DNA of 62,290 bases from a virus (lineage: Duplodnaviria > Caudoviricetes): positions 1 through 62,290 of IMG/VR virus record IMGVR_UViG_3300017963_000048; one strand, written 5' to 3'. The translations under genes and the position numbers were made by a program. Numbering within the stretch: the first letter of the stretch is position 1; each line of letters begins with the position of its first letter. Below, piece after piece: positions 47,433 through 57,305 of the stretch. A model generated the notes under the pieces. The model saw only the letters and a program-made list of their open reading frames with translations. It had not been told where the DNA came from and made no database searches.

Positions 47433-47660
47433 TTACTCCTCAATCAATTCAATTGGTTGGTAAGTTTTCCAGTATTGGCCAGTCATTGACCACGGGAAGG
47501 GCTGACTGACATCAAACACCACTTGACCAATGATGACCCGTATCTCACCGTCGGGCACTTCAGCTGGAAAAAATGTGGCCAGCAGAAAGCAGCTGCCCTG
47601 CTCGTCAAACACTGGTGGCCACACATAACGCAGCAAGTCAAGCGTAGTCATAATATCCAT
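47433..47660 (-). CDS. Hypothetical protein
   Basis: Coupled ORF. Confidence 0.6.
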   Translation of the reverse strand: MDIMTTLDLLRYVWPPVFDEQGSCFLLATFFPAEVPDGEIRVIIGQVVFDVSQPFPWSMTGQYWKTYQPIELIEE

Positions 47661-48540
47661 CTGTCAAGTCATGCAGCAAGCTGGCTGCATGATCAGATTC
47701 AACTTCAACACTGAGCAGCCAATCTAACACGCGCGTGGGCTTGCCATCAATTTCTTTGGTGATCTCCTCTTGTCTACGCTTCAGCACCAGTGGCATTTTA
47801 ATCATGGGCGTGCATGACAGTTTTGCCATGCGCATGATGCCTAGTAACTGGTTTTCAACTCCACGCGCATCATTATTGCTGGTGCTGACTAAGCGCAAAT
47901 GTGCAATCTCGCCCAAGTATGGCAAAAAGCAGCGCAAGTGCATGCTGAGTGCTGGCACCAGTGGTGCGTCATTGTACACAAACACAGCATCATAGGGCTT
48001 GATTAATCGGCGCTCTCCTGGTTGGTATTCAACACCATCCAAGTCAATATGCGGTTGTACTACACGGCCATCTGTGACCAGCACTTGCAGCGTGCTAGGA
48101 TGACGCAGCCATTCCCAATGCTTGCGTGTGCTGTCACTGTGCCCCACGTGAAATGAAAGTTCTACATTATATCTGGCACCAAATTGTGACAAGTCATCAA
48201 AGGGCATGCGGAAGGGCACTTCACTGACAACATATTCACCCGCACGCAGCTGATGTATATCCAATTGCTTGGCTGCGTAAAATGCAGCAAACTTGCCAGC
48301 TAAGCTGCCGGCATCTTTGTGGTGCTGGTAAAACTTCACGCGCAAGTTACTATTTAAGTCTTTGCCACGTCCCCCAAAGCCAGTGCCTTTTTGATCACCT
48401 TTGCGAATAGTTCCAATCATTCGGTAAGTGTCTCGCTCTTGATCAGTCAACCAGTCCCAACTCTCATCAGCTGCGTGCTGGTTGGTGGTGGGTAGATCAT
48501 CATTATTTAATAAAGCTTGTTTTATCATTTCTTCATTCAT
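47638..48540 (-). CDS. phiC31 gp3-like (RDF-like/recombination-associated) protein
   Basis: IG.IRKG, L...LP..G....L.STS, PLVLKRR..EI pattern. Confidence 0.55.
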   Translation of the reverse strand: MNEEMIKQALLNNDDLPTTNQHAADESWDWLTDQERDTYRMIGTIRKGDQKGTGFGGRGKDLNSNLRVKFYQHHKDAGSLAGKFAAFYAAKQLDIHQLRAGEYVVSEVPFRMPFDDLSQFGARYNVELSFHVGHSDSTRKHWEWLRHPSTLQVLVTDGRVVQPHIDLDGVEYQPGERRLIKPYDAVFVYNDAPLVPALSMHLRCFLPYLGEIAHLRLVSTSNNDARGVENQLLGIMRMAKLSCTPMIKMPLVLKRRQEEITKEIDGKPTRVLDWLLSVEVESDHAASLLHDLTDGYYDYA

Positions 48541-48541
48541 G

Positions 48542-48988
48542 TCAAAATCCTAATTCCTTGAGTGCTTCAGCTTCATTGAATGGTTTGTCTTTTAATTCAG
48601 CCAAGCGTGCTGAGTGCCACGGCTCAATCTCATGCCAGCGGATTGCTCTGTCAATGTGGAACCATTCTTCATGTGCTCTTTGTTTATGATATTCACGCGT
48701 TATGCGTGAAATGAAGTAAGGCCGGTCAGCATGCTCTTTGCAATATACCAGCCACAGGTCATGATCACCAGCAGCGCGTTTGGCTTGCAAAAAGTCACCA
48801 CAGTGCGCGCAGCAATAGTGATCGGTTAAGCGCACCATCACTGCACGTGTAAACACTGTGGGCTTGATTTCTTCATTAGCAGCTGACTGGCCACGCTTGG
48901 TGTGCTCAACTACTCTGCCAGTGGTGAATCTAGTCAAGCGCAAATTCTGTTTGCTTTGCTTTGGTTTTTGGTTTGGTTTGGTTTCCAT
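48542..48988 (-). CDS. Zn-finger hypothetical protein
   Basis: CAHCG...C..H; CTGGAGG upstream; ends ALKELGF. Confidence 0.65.
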   Translation of the reverse strand: METKPNQKPKQSKQNLRLTRFTTGRVVEHTKRGQSAANEEIKPTVFTRAVMVRLTDHYCCAHCGDFLQAKRAAGDHDLWLVYCKEHADRPYFISRITREYHKQRAHEEWFHIDRAIRWHEIEPWHSARLAELKDKPFNEAEALKELGF

Positions 48989-49934
48989 TTCCGTTTTTAT
49001 TGCCTCCAGTTGTTTTTTGGTTTTGAAATTTCGTGTCAAGTGATTTTTGCATAACTCCTTTCATTAACAGCATGCGCTTGGTGGTGTCACGGCGCTTGCG
49101 TTCTTGCTCAGTCAGCTGCTTGGCCAGGGCTTCAGCTTGCAGCCATTGACTGTGCGTGATAGGTTTGCGATTCAAACCATATAGCATGCAGTTGACTTTG
49201 GCCATGTTGACGCAATCTAAGTCAATATCTTGACCATAAAATTGAACCAAGCCAAAGTCAATCTGCCAGCGTGGTATCTGCTCAGCAGCTGCCAGCAGCA
49301 GCCTGCCACTGCCAACGGCTGGATCACATATGGAAATTGGTTTTAGATAAGCATGCTGCATGGCCAAAGCTTTTTGCATGCTGCGTGTGGGGTCCAAACT
49401 ACTCAGAAGCACCACGCTTTCAAGTAAAATGCGCTCAGCTGCTGGCATTTTGGCACGTGCATCATCAAACGCTTGCAGCAGCATGGCATGCACGTCATTT
49501 TCACCCATGATGGTGCTGGCCATCATTTTGCACACTGGCCGAGGTGTGAAGTATTGACCAGCGTGTGGATTGGGGTAACCATAATTCATGTACACCTCAC
49601 CCAAATAGTCAATATATTCACCAGCTTTGGCAGCTTCGTCAGCTGCTGTCACCATATAATCAAAAGCACCAATGAAGCGCTGCCAGTGCTCAGCACGTGT
49701 GTACCGTCCACGCAAACGTGCAAACAGCTGCTGCACGTCTTCAGGGTCTTGCTCTGGTGGCAGTGGCACACCATGCTGCTGCATGTGCAGTGCGTGGGCT
49801 GGCAACATGCGCAAATAAGCCTCACATAATGCGATGAAGTCATTGCACAAGTCATAACAGTTAACCCCGCTATTTTCAGTTTTGCTGATAATTTTGACAA
49901 TTTCAGCAGCCACATGTGACTCTGAAAAATTCAT
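48930..49934 (-). CDS. HsdM-like N6-MTase N-terminal half lacking catalytic motif IV
   Basis: GQYFTP, ICDPAVGSGRLL, FYGQDID present; no NPP(Y/F) before stop. Confidence 0.78.
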   Translation of the reverse strand: MNFSESHVAAEIVKIISKTENSGVNCYDLCNDFIALCEAYLRMLPAHALHMQQHGVPLPPEQDPEDVQQLFARLRGRYTRAEHWQRFIGAFDYMVTAADEAAKAGEYIDYLGEVYMNYGYPNPHAGQYFTPRPVCKMMASTIMGENDVHAMLLQAFDDARAKMPAAERILLESVVLLSSLDPTRSMQKALAMQHAYLKPISICDPAVGSGRLLLAAAEQIPRWQIDFGLVQFYGQDIDLDCVNMAKVNCMLYGLNRKPITHSQWLQAEALAKQLTEQERKRRDTTKRMLLMKGVMQKSLDTKFQNQKTTGGNKNGNGNQTKPKTKAKQTEFALD

Positions 49935-50001
49935 TGATTGACCTCCAGTGATCAAAATGTGTGTGTGTCAAGCGTGTTGCTGTAGCAACAGCAACACTGC
50001 A

Positions 50002-50065
50002 ATTATAACATGGCTTTACAAGTTTATGCAAAACGCTTTACAAGTTTATAAGCACCTGCTACAAT
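50002..50065. promoter_or_regulatory. Divergent promoter pair (genome switch region)
   Basis: Left TTGCAT-18-TATAAT, right TTTACA-17-TACAAT; direct repeat GCTTTACAAGTTTAT at 50013 and 50035. Confidence 0.75.
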
Positions 50066-50119
50066 GGCACTAGCACCTGGCACCAGCCAGCTGCACAAAA
50101 AATATGCGGAGGCGTTTTT

Positions 50120-50467
50120 ATGATAAAGAAATATTTTTGTTTCAATGGTAAGCAGCTCTTCGAAATGAGCAAGCGCAGTGGTAGGCGCAGCAGCTTAAAT
50201 GCAGTCAGTGCAGCTGCGGGTGTCAGTTATCCAACTTGCTTGGCATACACCAATGATGACATTAGCAAACCCCAAAATGAAGTGCTAGAGCGTTTATATG
50301 TGCTCATCACTGACGGCATGGGGTTCACGGAAGATGAACTGATGGGCATGCAGCTGGTAGATGTTTTTCAAATTGTGCACAAAACTGATGGCCAAGCTAA
50401 AGTCATCAGCAGCACTGACTTTGACAGCTTGCGCGAAAAGTTGATCAGGGAGGCAATCGAGGCGTGA
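50120..50467 (+). CDS. XRE/Cro-like HTH regulator
   Basis: SLNAVSAAAGVSYPT; first gene after divergent promoter; GGAGG RBS. Confidence 0.7.
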   Translation: MIKKYFCFNGKQLFEMSKRSGRRSSLNAVSAAAGVSYPTCLAYTNDDISKPQNEVLERLYVLITDGMGFTEDELMGMQLVDVFQIVHKTDGQAKVISSTDFDSLREKLIREAIEA

Positions 50468-50820
50468 AAACTAAGCAAGTTAATTTCAAGATTCACACTA
50501 TGACACGAGCCCAACTTTTTGAAATTTTTGGTGAGGAATTGCCGGTGCAAATGGATGGCGAACATTTCACTTACTTTGAAGTGCCTGCCGAGTTTTCTTT
50601 AAACTATAGCGCGCTCATTAAAATCATGTGTAGCTGTGAGCGCATCCTGGCTGCAAAATTGCCACGTGAGCGCGTCATGCTGATTCCGACTACTTTTGAT
50701 CGACAGCACTTTCAACTGGTGGTGGATGTGCTTATGCAAGCCACCACAGCCACCTTAGCAGTGCAGCTGCATGATGAAGAAATGCAGCTTGACATGTTCG
50801 AGGAGGGCACAGCAGCATGA
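50464..50820 (+). CDS. Hypothetical protein (ends QLDMF, beta-clamp-motif-like)
   Basis: GTGA overlap; QLDMF near C-terminus. Confidence 0.65.
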   Translation: MKTKQVNFKIHTMTRAQLFEIFGEELPVQMDGEHFTYFEVPAEFSLNYSALIKIMCSCERILAAKLPRERVMLIPTTFDRQHFQLVVDVLMQATTATLAVQLHDEEMQLDMFEEGTAA

Positions 50821-51737
50821 CTGAAAACACTCGACACTTTGTAGAATCCATCTACTTAAGTAAACAAGTGCCCGTGCCCGCTTTTGTGCTGTTTAATGAA
50901 CAGATTACACCAGCACTGTTGAAGCACTATGCTAGGCTGCGAATTTTGGCATATAGTCATGCTTTTAATCACACTGACTTGCTGGCCGTCAGCTTTGTGG
51001 CCGAGTTTTTAGATATTGACATCAGCACGCTGTCACGTGCCCTGGCCATGCTGCAAAGTGCCAGCGTGCTGACGGCCACTCGACCAAGCAAAGGCAACTT
51101 GGTCATTCACTTTGTAGATGTGCCTGCGGGTGACGTTTATTTGTTACCAGATCATACTTTGACCAATGCACCAGATGTGGCTGCTGAAGCTTTGGCTGAG
51201 GCACAGGTGCACTTCAAAGGCAAAATGAGCACTGAGCAGATGCACGCGTATGCGGAATTAATCAAGCGTGGTGTGTATGCTGCACCCGCATTTGAACTGG
51301 TCAAAAGCTTTGCAGTGCTGACAGTGCTGGAATATTGCGAAATCTATGATTGGGCTTTGCAAGTCAGCTTGGCCAAAGGTGCTGGCTGGCTGCGCAAGGC
51401 GATTAGTGAGCAATGGGAAATGCCTACTGATTATGTGGCACCAGCTGATCGCTGCCAAGAGTGTGGTGGGCCGGTCAGCTTGGCCATTCACCACAAACGC
51501 TGCCAGCTTAACTGGAAACCACTTGGCTTGCGCCACTACCAAGCGCAGCACGACTGCCCCACATGTGCAGCTGACTTGCGCACCATGCAGCATGCCACTG
51601 CATGTTGGCGTGGTTTATACGGTTGGACCTTCGAAACTTTGACAGTGCAAACTTCAAATTTCAAAGCGCAGCCAAATTTGGGCTGGCATAAGAATCAAAT
51701 TAACATTGTGAATGGTTGGCGGGAGGTGGCAGATTGA
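50817..51737 (+). CDS. Putative replication initiator (wHTH, C-terminal Zn motifs)
   Basis: VAEFLDIDISTLSRALAML; AGWLRKAI.EQW; CQECG, CPTC. Confidence 0.55.
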   Translation: MTENTRHFVESIYLSKQVPVPAFVLFNEQITPALLKHYARLRILAYSHAFNHTDLLAVSFVAEFLDIDISTLSRALAMLQSASVLTATRPSKGNLVIHFVDVPAGDVYLLPDHTLTNAPDVAAEALAEAQVHFKGKMSTEQMHAYAELIKRGVYAAPAFELVKSFAVLTVLEYCEIYDWALQVSLAKGAGWLRKAISEQWEMPTDYVAPADRCQECGGPVSLAIHHKRCQLNWKPLGLRHYQAQHDCPTCAADLRTMQHATACWRGLYGWTFETLTVQTSNFKAQPNLGWHKNQINIVNGWREVAD

Positions 51738-51812
51738 TCAACAGATAAACTTTTGATGATAATTTTATAATGACCAACTAACTTGACACACACAAACTGA
51801 GAGGAAAACAAA

Positions 51813-53846
51813 GTGAAAACAAAAGATATTCAAATTTCAAAACAGAGCTTGACCAGCATCAAAGAGTCCCGCTATCAGCAGCACCAGCGTGACACCAGCA
51901 CTGAGGAATACAAAACACACTTGGCTGCTGTAGCACTCAGCATTGCCACTGATGGTTTGAAGCAAGTGCCCCAAGCCAGATACAATGCAGCTGGCAGCGG
52001 TGGCCATTATGAATTGGCTTTCGGTAACACACGCTTTGCTGCTTTTAAGTTGCTCGACAGCTTGACAGAGCGCAAGCGCAAAGTGAAAGAAATTGAAGGT
52101 ATCCCTATCAGTGATGAACTCTGGTATGCCACCCGCAAGCGTGAGGCTGAATTTGAAGCCATGCCACTGGTGGTGGCTGAAATGTCAGAGCAAGAATTTT
52201 TTGAAGCTGGCATGATCGAGAATTTGCAGCGCAAAGCACTTGACACACTTGAGGAAGCGCAAGCCTACCAATTTTATATGCAACACTTTGACGCAAACAG
52301 CAATGCTGCTGGTTTGAAGTTTGGCAAAAATCCAAGCACCATCCGTGGCATGGTGCGCTTGCTCAATTTGCCACAGCCAGTGCGTGAAGCGCTGCGTGAT
52401 GGTTATCTGGCACAAGAGACAGCACGAAAGCTGCTGCGCTTGCAAGATATTGTGCCCGGGATGAATACCATCACCAAAACAGTGCTAGAAAAAGCCCGCG
52501 ATGGTGTGATCACACAACCTGAAGTAGATCGGCTCATAATTGGTGGCCTGCAAAATTGTAAACACGTGCAGCTGCTGTGGGGTGACTACACCACCGGCAC
52601 CACTGGCAACCCCAAAGCTGGCAAAGGATTGTGGGAATTGAATTGGCAGCAAAAAGTGGTGCGCAGATGGACGGCCAACAAAGTCATGAAGCTGCTGACT
52701 GAGATCGGCGCAGCGCAGGAAATTTTGCGTGAGATCATCAAAGCTGCACAAGATGAAAGTGCCAATAACAAATGGGCACAAGATATCTTGATTGACATTA
52801 TTGAGGAAGTGCGTGACCACAATGCCACTGATAACGAACTAGAGGAGAGTTTTGGCATTGGCCAAGTCAGCAGCAGAACCATTAGAGCCATGATTAGACC
52901 GATGCCCTGTGACCAGTGTCCGCTGCACGTCAAATTTGACAATTTGCATTTTTGTGGTGCTTCAGTGTGTCACAGCGCAAAAATTGACGAGTTCAAAGCA
53001 TATGAATTGCAGCGGGTAGCTGAGAAACTTGGCTTGCCAGTGTATGACAGCAAAAAAGTGGCCAAGCCACGTGCATTTGAAGTGGCCACAAAACATGTGG
53101 GGCCTAAGTGGATGGGCAAAACAGAAGAAACAGAATATGTGCAATGGTTTGAAGATAAAGCTAAGCACTTATATATCATGGCCACCAGCAAAGCTGCTGA
53201 TCCTTATGACTTCACTAACTCGCACTTTGTGCAGCTGATCAGCATCAGAGATGAATTGCAGCCCGAATACTTAATAGCACAAGCAGAAGCTGCTGGTGAA
53301 ATTGTGCAAGATGTTGAAGTGGTTGGTGGCCAAGTGACTGTGATCACTGAGCAAACCAAAGAAGCTGAAGCGCTTGAAGATGAACATGCACAGCGCATGC
53401 GTGCAGAGCGTGAAGCTAATGAAATGAGGCAACACACGCACGAGCAAGCCACAGCATTGGTGTTCACTGAAGTGGCACCCTGGCTGGCTGCGCAGTTTCC
53501 TGAAGGCACCAGTCACTTTTGGATTAGCTTGCTGGAATACCAAACTGACGACTGGAACGTGCGGGAGATCATGACACCGGATGAAGATCCCGGCGAAATG
53601 ACACCAGCTGAATTAGAGCAATGGCAGCGTGACACAGCGCAAACTTATGTGCTCATGCACATGCTAATCGGTGACATGCAGCAAAAATATGACAATTATG
53701 TTAGCAACATGGCTGAAGTTTACGAGCGCTTAGATGAACTGATTAACCAATATCTGGGTGACACTGGTGTGGTCATACCAGATTGGGCTGAAGTTTGGGA
53801 AGCCAATGAAAACAGTGAAGCTGAAGAGGCTGAAGCCAGTGAATAG
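51813..53846 (+). CDS. parB: ParB/Spo0J-family protein with long C-terminal extension
   Basis: YELAFGNTRFAA, ENLQR..L..LEEA.AY, GKNPSTIR...RLL.LP; CDQCP..C..C. Confidence 0.85.
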   Translation: MKTKDIQISKQSLTSIKESRYQQHQRDTSTEEYKTHLAAVALSIATDGLKQVPQARYNAAGSGGHYELAFGNTRFAAFKLLDSLTERKRKVKEIEGIPISDELWYATRKREAEFEAMPLVVAEMSEQEFFEAGMIENLQRKALDTLEEAQAYQFYMQHFDANSNAAGLKFGKNPSTIRGMVRLLNLPQPVREALRDGYLAQETARKLLRLQDIVPGMNTITKTVLEKARDGVITQPEVDRLIIGGLQNCKHVQLLWGDYTTGTTGNPKAGKGLWELNWQQKVVRRWTANKVMKLLTEIGAAQEILREIIKAAQDESANNKWAQDILIDIIEEVRDHNATDNELEESFGIGQVSSRTIRAMIRPMPCDQCPLHVKFDNLHFCGASVCHSAKIDEFKAYELQRVAEKLGLPVYDSKKVAKPRAFEVATKHVGPKWMGKTEETEYVQWFEDKAKHLYIMATSKAADPYDFTNSHFVQLISIRDELQPEYLIAQAEAAGEIVQDVEVVGGQVTVITEQTKEAEALEDEHAQRMRAEREANEMRQHTHEQATALVFTEVAPWLAAQFPEGTSHFWISLLEYQTDDWNVREIMTPDEDPGEMTPAELEQWQRDTAQTYVLMHMLIGDMQQKYDNYVSNMAEVYERLDELINQYLGDTGVVIPDWAEVWEANENSEAEEAEASE

Positions 53847-54063
53847 AGCAGAGCGCATGGTGTGGAAACTGGACAAACTTGGTTATGTGATTCACTGGCC
53901 ACTGCCAGGAGAACACACAGCACACATTTTTCCCAAAGATCGCAGCATTGAAGCTGCCAAACCAGCCTACGAAATCACGCATGCTGGTGAAGCTGAGCGT
54001 GCCCAGCTGGTTGAAAACTTGATTGAAAGATTGACAGCTGAAGCGTTAGAAAAGATCACATAG
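53839..54063 (+). CDS. Small hypothetical protein
   Basis: Overlaps parB stop; start uncertain. Confidence 0.5.
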   Translation: MNRAERMVWKLDKLGYVIHWPLPGEHTAHIFPKDRSIEAAKPAYEITHAGEAERAQLVENLIERLTAEALEKIT

Positions 54064-54115
54064 ATTCAAGCCAGTGGTGTTGCTACAGCAACACCACTGG
54101 CCAAGCTGGTGAATT

Positions 54116-55084
54116 ATGAAAAATAGACTTTATGCACTTGCGATCACAATCTTATATCTGGCAGCTGGCTGTGTGCCACTGCCAGAAGCACCACCAGCCA
54201 ATGCAGCTGATGCCGTGGCACGTGTCACGCAGCAAGCTTGGGAACTGAGTGGCACCAGCACTGCGGTCAGTGTCATGCAGCGTGCAGCCACAGGCACTGC
54301 GATCATTGGCACTGCACGTGCTGAAAACCACCACGCCACACAAACCCAAGAAATGATTGACTTCGCTAACGATCAAGCCACCGGCACCGCGGCCAGTGCC
54401 ACACAGCAAGCCCAAGCTGCTTTGAACGTTTTCAACACGCAGCAGGCTGAAGCTGAAGCCACAGCCACACAGCAAGCTAATGAGCAAGCCACAGCCGTGC
54501 AAGCAGTGCAAAGCACGCTGATCAGTGGCCAAGCCACAGCCACAGCTGAAGCTGAAGCACGTGCTGAAGTCAAAAGCAATGTGATAGGCGCACTAGTGGT
54601 GGTGCTCTGCACTGGTTTGGCAATTTTGGGCATTTGGTTTGCGTGGCGATTAAGCCAAGCTAAACTGCGCAAAGCTAACTTGATCTTAGATGCACGTGGC
54701 AATCCCACACACCAGCTGATCAATACCAAAGACGGTTTGACGGTGATCGACTTGCAGCGCAGCGCAGCACCACACTTCACTGTGCAGCGTGATGGCCAAA
54801 TTCTAGTGCCTCCGGGACTCGATGCCCAAGCACAAGCCGAATATCTATACCAGTTGACCATGATAGAGTTGGTCAAAGCAGCCAGTCAACGTGGTGCGGT
54901 TGACTTGCAAACCATGCAAGATATTATGAATAAAGCACGCCAAAACAGCACTGCTGAAGCACCAGCTGAAGCTGTGCACGCTTTACCCGCCAATATCGTC
55001 CCAGTGCCACCAGATGACCAGCGTGTGAGCACTTGGGTGCAAGAAACGATTAATGACCAAGTGATTGAAGGAATGAGCAAATGA
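54116..55084 (+). CDS. Lipoprotein-signal, ATAT/Q-rich stalk, second TM, cytoplasmic domain
   Basis: LAAGC lipobox; ATAT repeats; VIGALVVVLCTGLAILGIWFAW. Confidence 0.75.
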   Translation: MKNRLYALAITILYLAAGCVPLPEAPPANAADAVARVTQQAWELSGTSTAVSVMQRAATGTAIIGTARAENHHATQTQEMIDFANDQATGTAASATQQAQAALNVFNTQQAEAEATATQQANEQATAVQAVQSTLISGQATATAEAEARAEVKSNVIGALVVVLCTGLAILGIWFAWRLSQAKLRKANLILDARGNPTHQLINTKDGLTVIDLQRSAAPHFTVQRDGQILVPPGLDAQAQAEYLYQLTMIELVKAASQRGAVDLQTMQDIMNKARQNSTAEAPAEAVHALPANIVPVPPDDQRVSTWVQETINDQVIEGMSK

Positions 55085-56514
55085 ATACTCAGACGAACTA
55101 TCCCCCAAGCACACCACATGTGCTGCCATTGCAAAAACGTGCAATGGTGCAAGCACACCGCGCAGCCTACAGCTTCAGTGCTGCGCTTAGCAGCATGGGC
55201 TTTGTGCCTGAATATGAGGCACAATATGTCACCAGCATCAATGGAGTAACACTGCTTTTTTTGGTAGTTGATCAAAGACGCGAGAGCAAGCAGCACAGTG
55301 CAGCTGCGCTGCAACTACTCAAAACCCGGGTGCCCTGGCCGGTCACGAAAATCAAGAGCACTGGAAAAGTTGTTTATGCCGTCACACTGCATGGTCAAGC
55401 CACGCTGCCAGATATGCTGCCATTGGTTGACATTCAGCACGATCACGTTTTGTTTGGTGCAAATCCTTGGGGCAAGCAAGTCAGTGAAAGCTGGCAGCGC
55501 TTTGGCCATGCTCTAGTGGTAGGCATGTCACAATATGGCAAAACCAACTTTCTGCGCTTAGTAGTTTTCCAAGCACTGAAACAAGGCCACTTGTGCTGGT
55601 TGGGTGATCAGTCACAAACAGCATTCCCCATGCTGGTCAATGCGCCCCATGTGGCTGCTGTGGCCAAGCGTGACCAATATGAAAACATGGTCATTGAAGT
55701 GCATAACGAAATGCAAAAGCGGGAAGCGCTTTTTGCAGCAGATCAATGGTTCCCTGAAAACTTGCAGCAATATAATCAGCATGCAGAGCAGCACTTGCCA
55801 CGTGTGCTGCTGGTGCTTGACGAGTTCAATGGTGCGGTCAAACATTGGGGCAGCACCAGCACGTTTTTCAAGCTGGTGGATGCGCTTATTTGTGAAGGTT
55901 TGAAATTTGGCATCCACGTGGTGCTGGCCAGTCAAGAGTGGCAAAAATCAACACTGGGCAATCCACGTGAGCAGATGCATACCATTATTGGCTTTCGCAT
56001 GGCCAATGCTAATGTGGAGCACAGCTTAGGCATTGCGGGTGCTGCTAAAATCCCACCAGATGGCAGAGGCATTGCCATCAGTGCGCAGCATGGCATTTTC
56101 AAAGCTTATTTCATGCGCAAAGAAACTTTGGTTAAGTTGGCTGGTCAACTTTTCAGTGATCACATTTTGCAAGTGCTGCAAGCTGCTATTAATCAAGAGG
56201 GGCAGGGGAGTGGAAAGGTCACACAAGCTTTCCTCAAGCTGCATGGTTTTGGCACTGCTGAAGCACGCAACACCATCAATGAATGGGCTGCACGTGGTTG
56301 GCTTGAAAAGCGCAGCGATTTAAATAATGCACATTATATGACCCCTTTGCTGAAGGGTTTGGTGGCTGAAAACCTGAAAACACCACAAACCGTGGAAACC
56401 CAGAAAACCAACTCTGACGATGATGAAATTATGATCACAAACTTATTAGAGCCGATTGACTTTGAAGAAAACCAATCTGAAAACCTGAAAACCTTACCAA
56501 ACATTGAGGAGTAA
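55081..56514 (+). CDS. FtsK/SpoIIIE (TraB-like) DNA translocase with C-terminal gamma-like winged helix
   Basis: HALVVGMSQYGKT, E...RE, LLVLDEF, G..FGIHVVLASQ, GRG; C-terminal VTQAFL..HGFG.AEAR..INEW..RGWL. Confidence 0.88.
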   Translation: MNTQTNYPPSTPHVLPLQKRAMVQAHRAAYSFSAALSSMGFVPEYEAQYVTSINGVTLLFLVVDQRRESKQHSAAALQLLKTRVPWPVTKIKSTGKVVYAVTLHGQATLPDMLPLVDIQHDHVLFGANPWGKQVSESWQRFGHALVVGMSQYGKTNFLRLVVFQALKQGHLCWLGDQSQTAFPMLVNAPHVAAVAKRDQYENMVIEVHNEMQKREALFAADQWFPENLQQYNQHAEQHLPRVLLVLDEFNGAVKHWGSTSTFFKLVDALICEGLKFGIHVVLASQEWQKSTLGNPREQMHTIIGFRMANANVEHSLGIAGAAKIPPDGRGIAISAQHGIFKAYFMRKETLVKLAGQLFSDHILQVLQAAINQEGQGSGKVTQAFLKLHGFGTAEARNTINEWAARGWLEKRSDLNNAHYMTPLLKGLVAENLKTPQTVETQKTNSDDDEIMITNLLEPIDFEENQSENLKTLPNIEE

Positions 56515-56518
56515 AGTT

Positions 56519-57226
56519 ATGACTGAAAAACAAGCAGCTGAAGCACGCACCATCACCACAGAGACGATCATCACCATAATTGCCACTTGGCTGCCCTGGC
56601 TGGCACCAGTCTACACCATTTATCTAGTAGTCAGTCACTTATTGCACCAGCAAGTGCCCTGGCCCATTGCAGCTGTGGTGGGAGTGGTCATTGAAGCTTT
56701 GGGCATCATTGTGGTTTTCACAGTGATTGAGATATACACTTACAATACCAACAAACTGAAAAGTGACCAGCACGCGGTCATGTGGCCAGCCCTGGTGGTC
56801 AGTGTGATCTACTTTGGCATTGTGATTGCCGTCACGGTCATGCGTCCAGTGCCAGCTGAGCAAAAAATACTCGACGGCACGCTGGCTGGTTTGTCAGCTG
56901 TCAGTGCGGTTTTAATTGGTTTGCGGGTGCTATTCGAGCGCACCAAACTTGAAAATGCCGAAGCTGGTTTGAAGCGTAGAGCAGCACGCGCAGGCATCAG
57001 TGCTACAGCTTTGACTTTGGCGCAATTGGAAAAAGAAACGGGGGTCAGTGCTGAGCGCTTGCAAGCCCTCAGTGAGGAAAACACCAGCCAAAAACCTGCA
57101 CCCAAAGCACGCAGCGTGCCCACCAATGGCCAAAACCACACAGCTGGCCAAACACATGGCCAGACTGTGAAAGTGCGTACAATGCCACGCGTGATGCCTT
57201 CAGGCCGGAAAGCAGGTGTTAAATGA
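56519..57226 (+). CDS. Four-TM protein with basic tail (DUF2637/SpdA-like layout)
   Basis: Four hydrophobic segments, VVIEALG, then charged tail; GAGGAG RBS. Confidence 0.65.
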   Translation: MTEKQAAEARTITTETIITIIATWLPWLAPVYTIYLVVSHLLHQQVPWPIAAVVGVVIEALGIIVVFTVIEIYTYNTNKLKSDQHAVMWPALVVSVIYFGIVIAVTVMRPVPAEQKILDGTLAGLSAVSAVLIGLRVLFERTKLENAEAGLKRRAARAGISATALTLAQLEKETGVSAERLQALSEENTSQKPAPKARSVPTNGQNHTAGQTHGQTVKVRTMPRVMPSGRKAGVK

Positions 57227-57305
57227 ATGCACAAAAAATATATATATATTCCTTCATAATGTAGCTTTACATCCCTATTAACAGAATGATACAATCACAA
57301 AAATT

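Noticed and set aside
47638-48540. Evidence for an integrase-based lysogeny module
   Set aside because: A gp3/RDF-like gene is present but no serine or tyrosine recombinase was recognised anywhere
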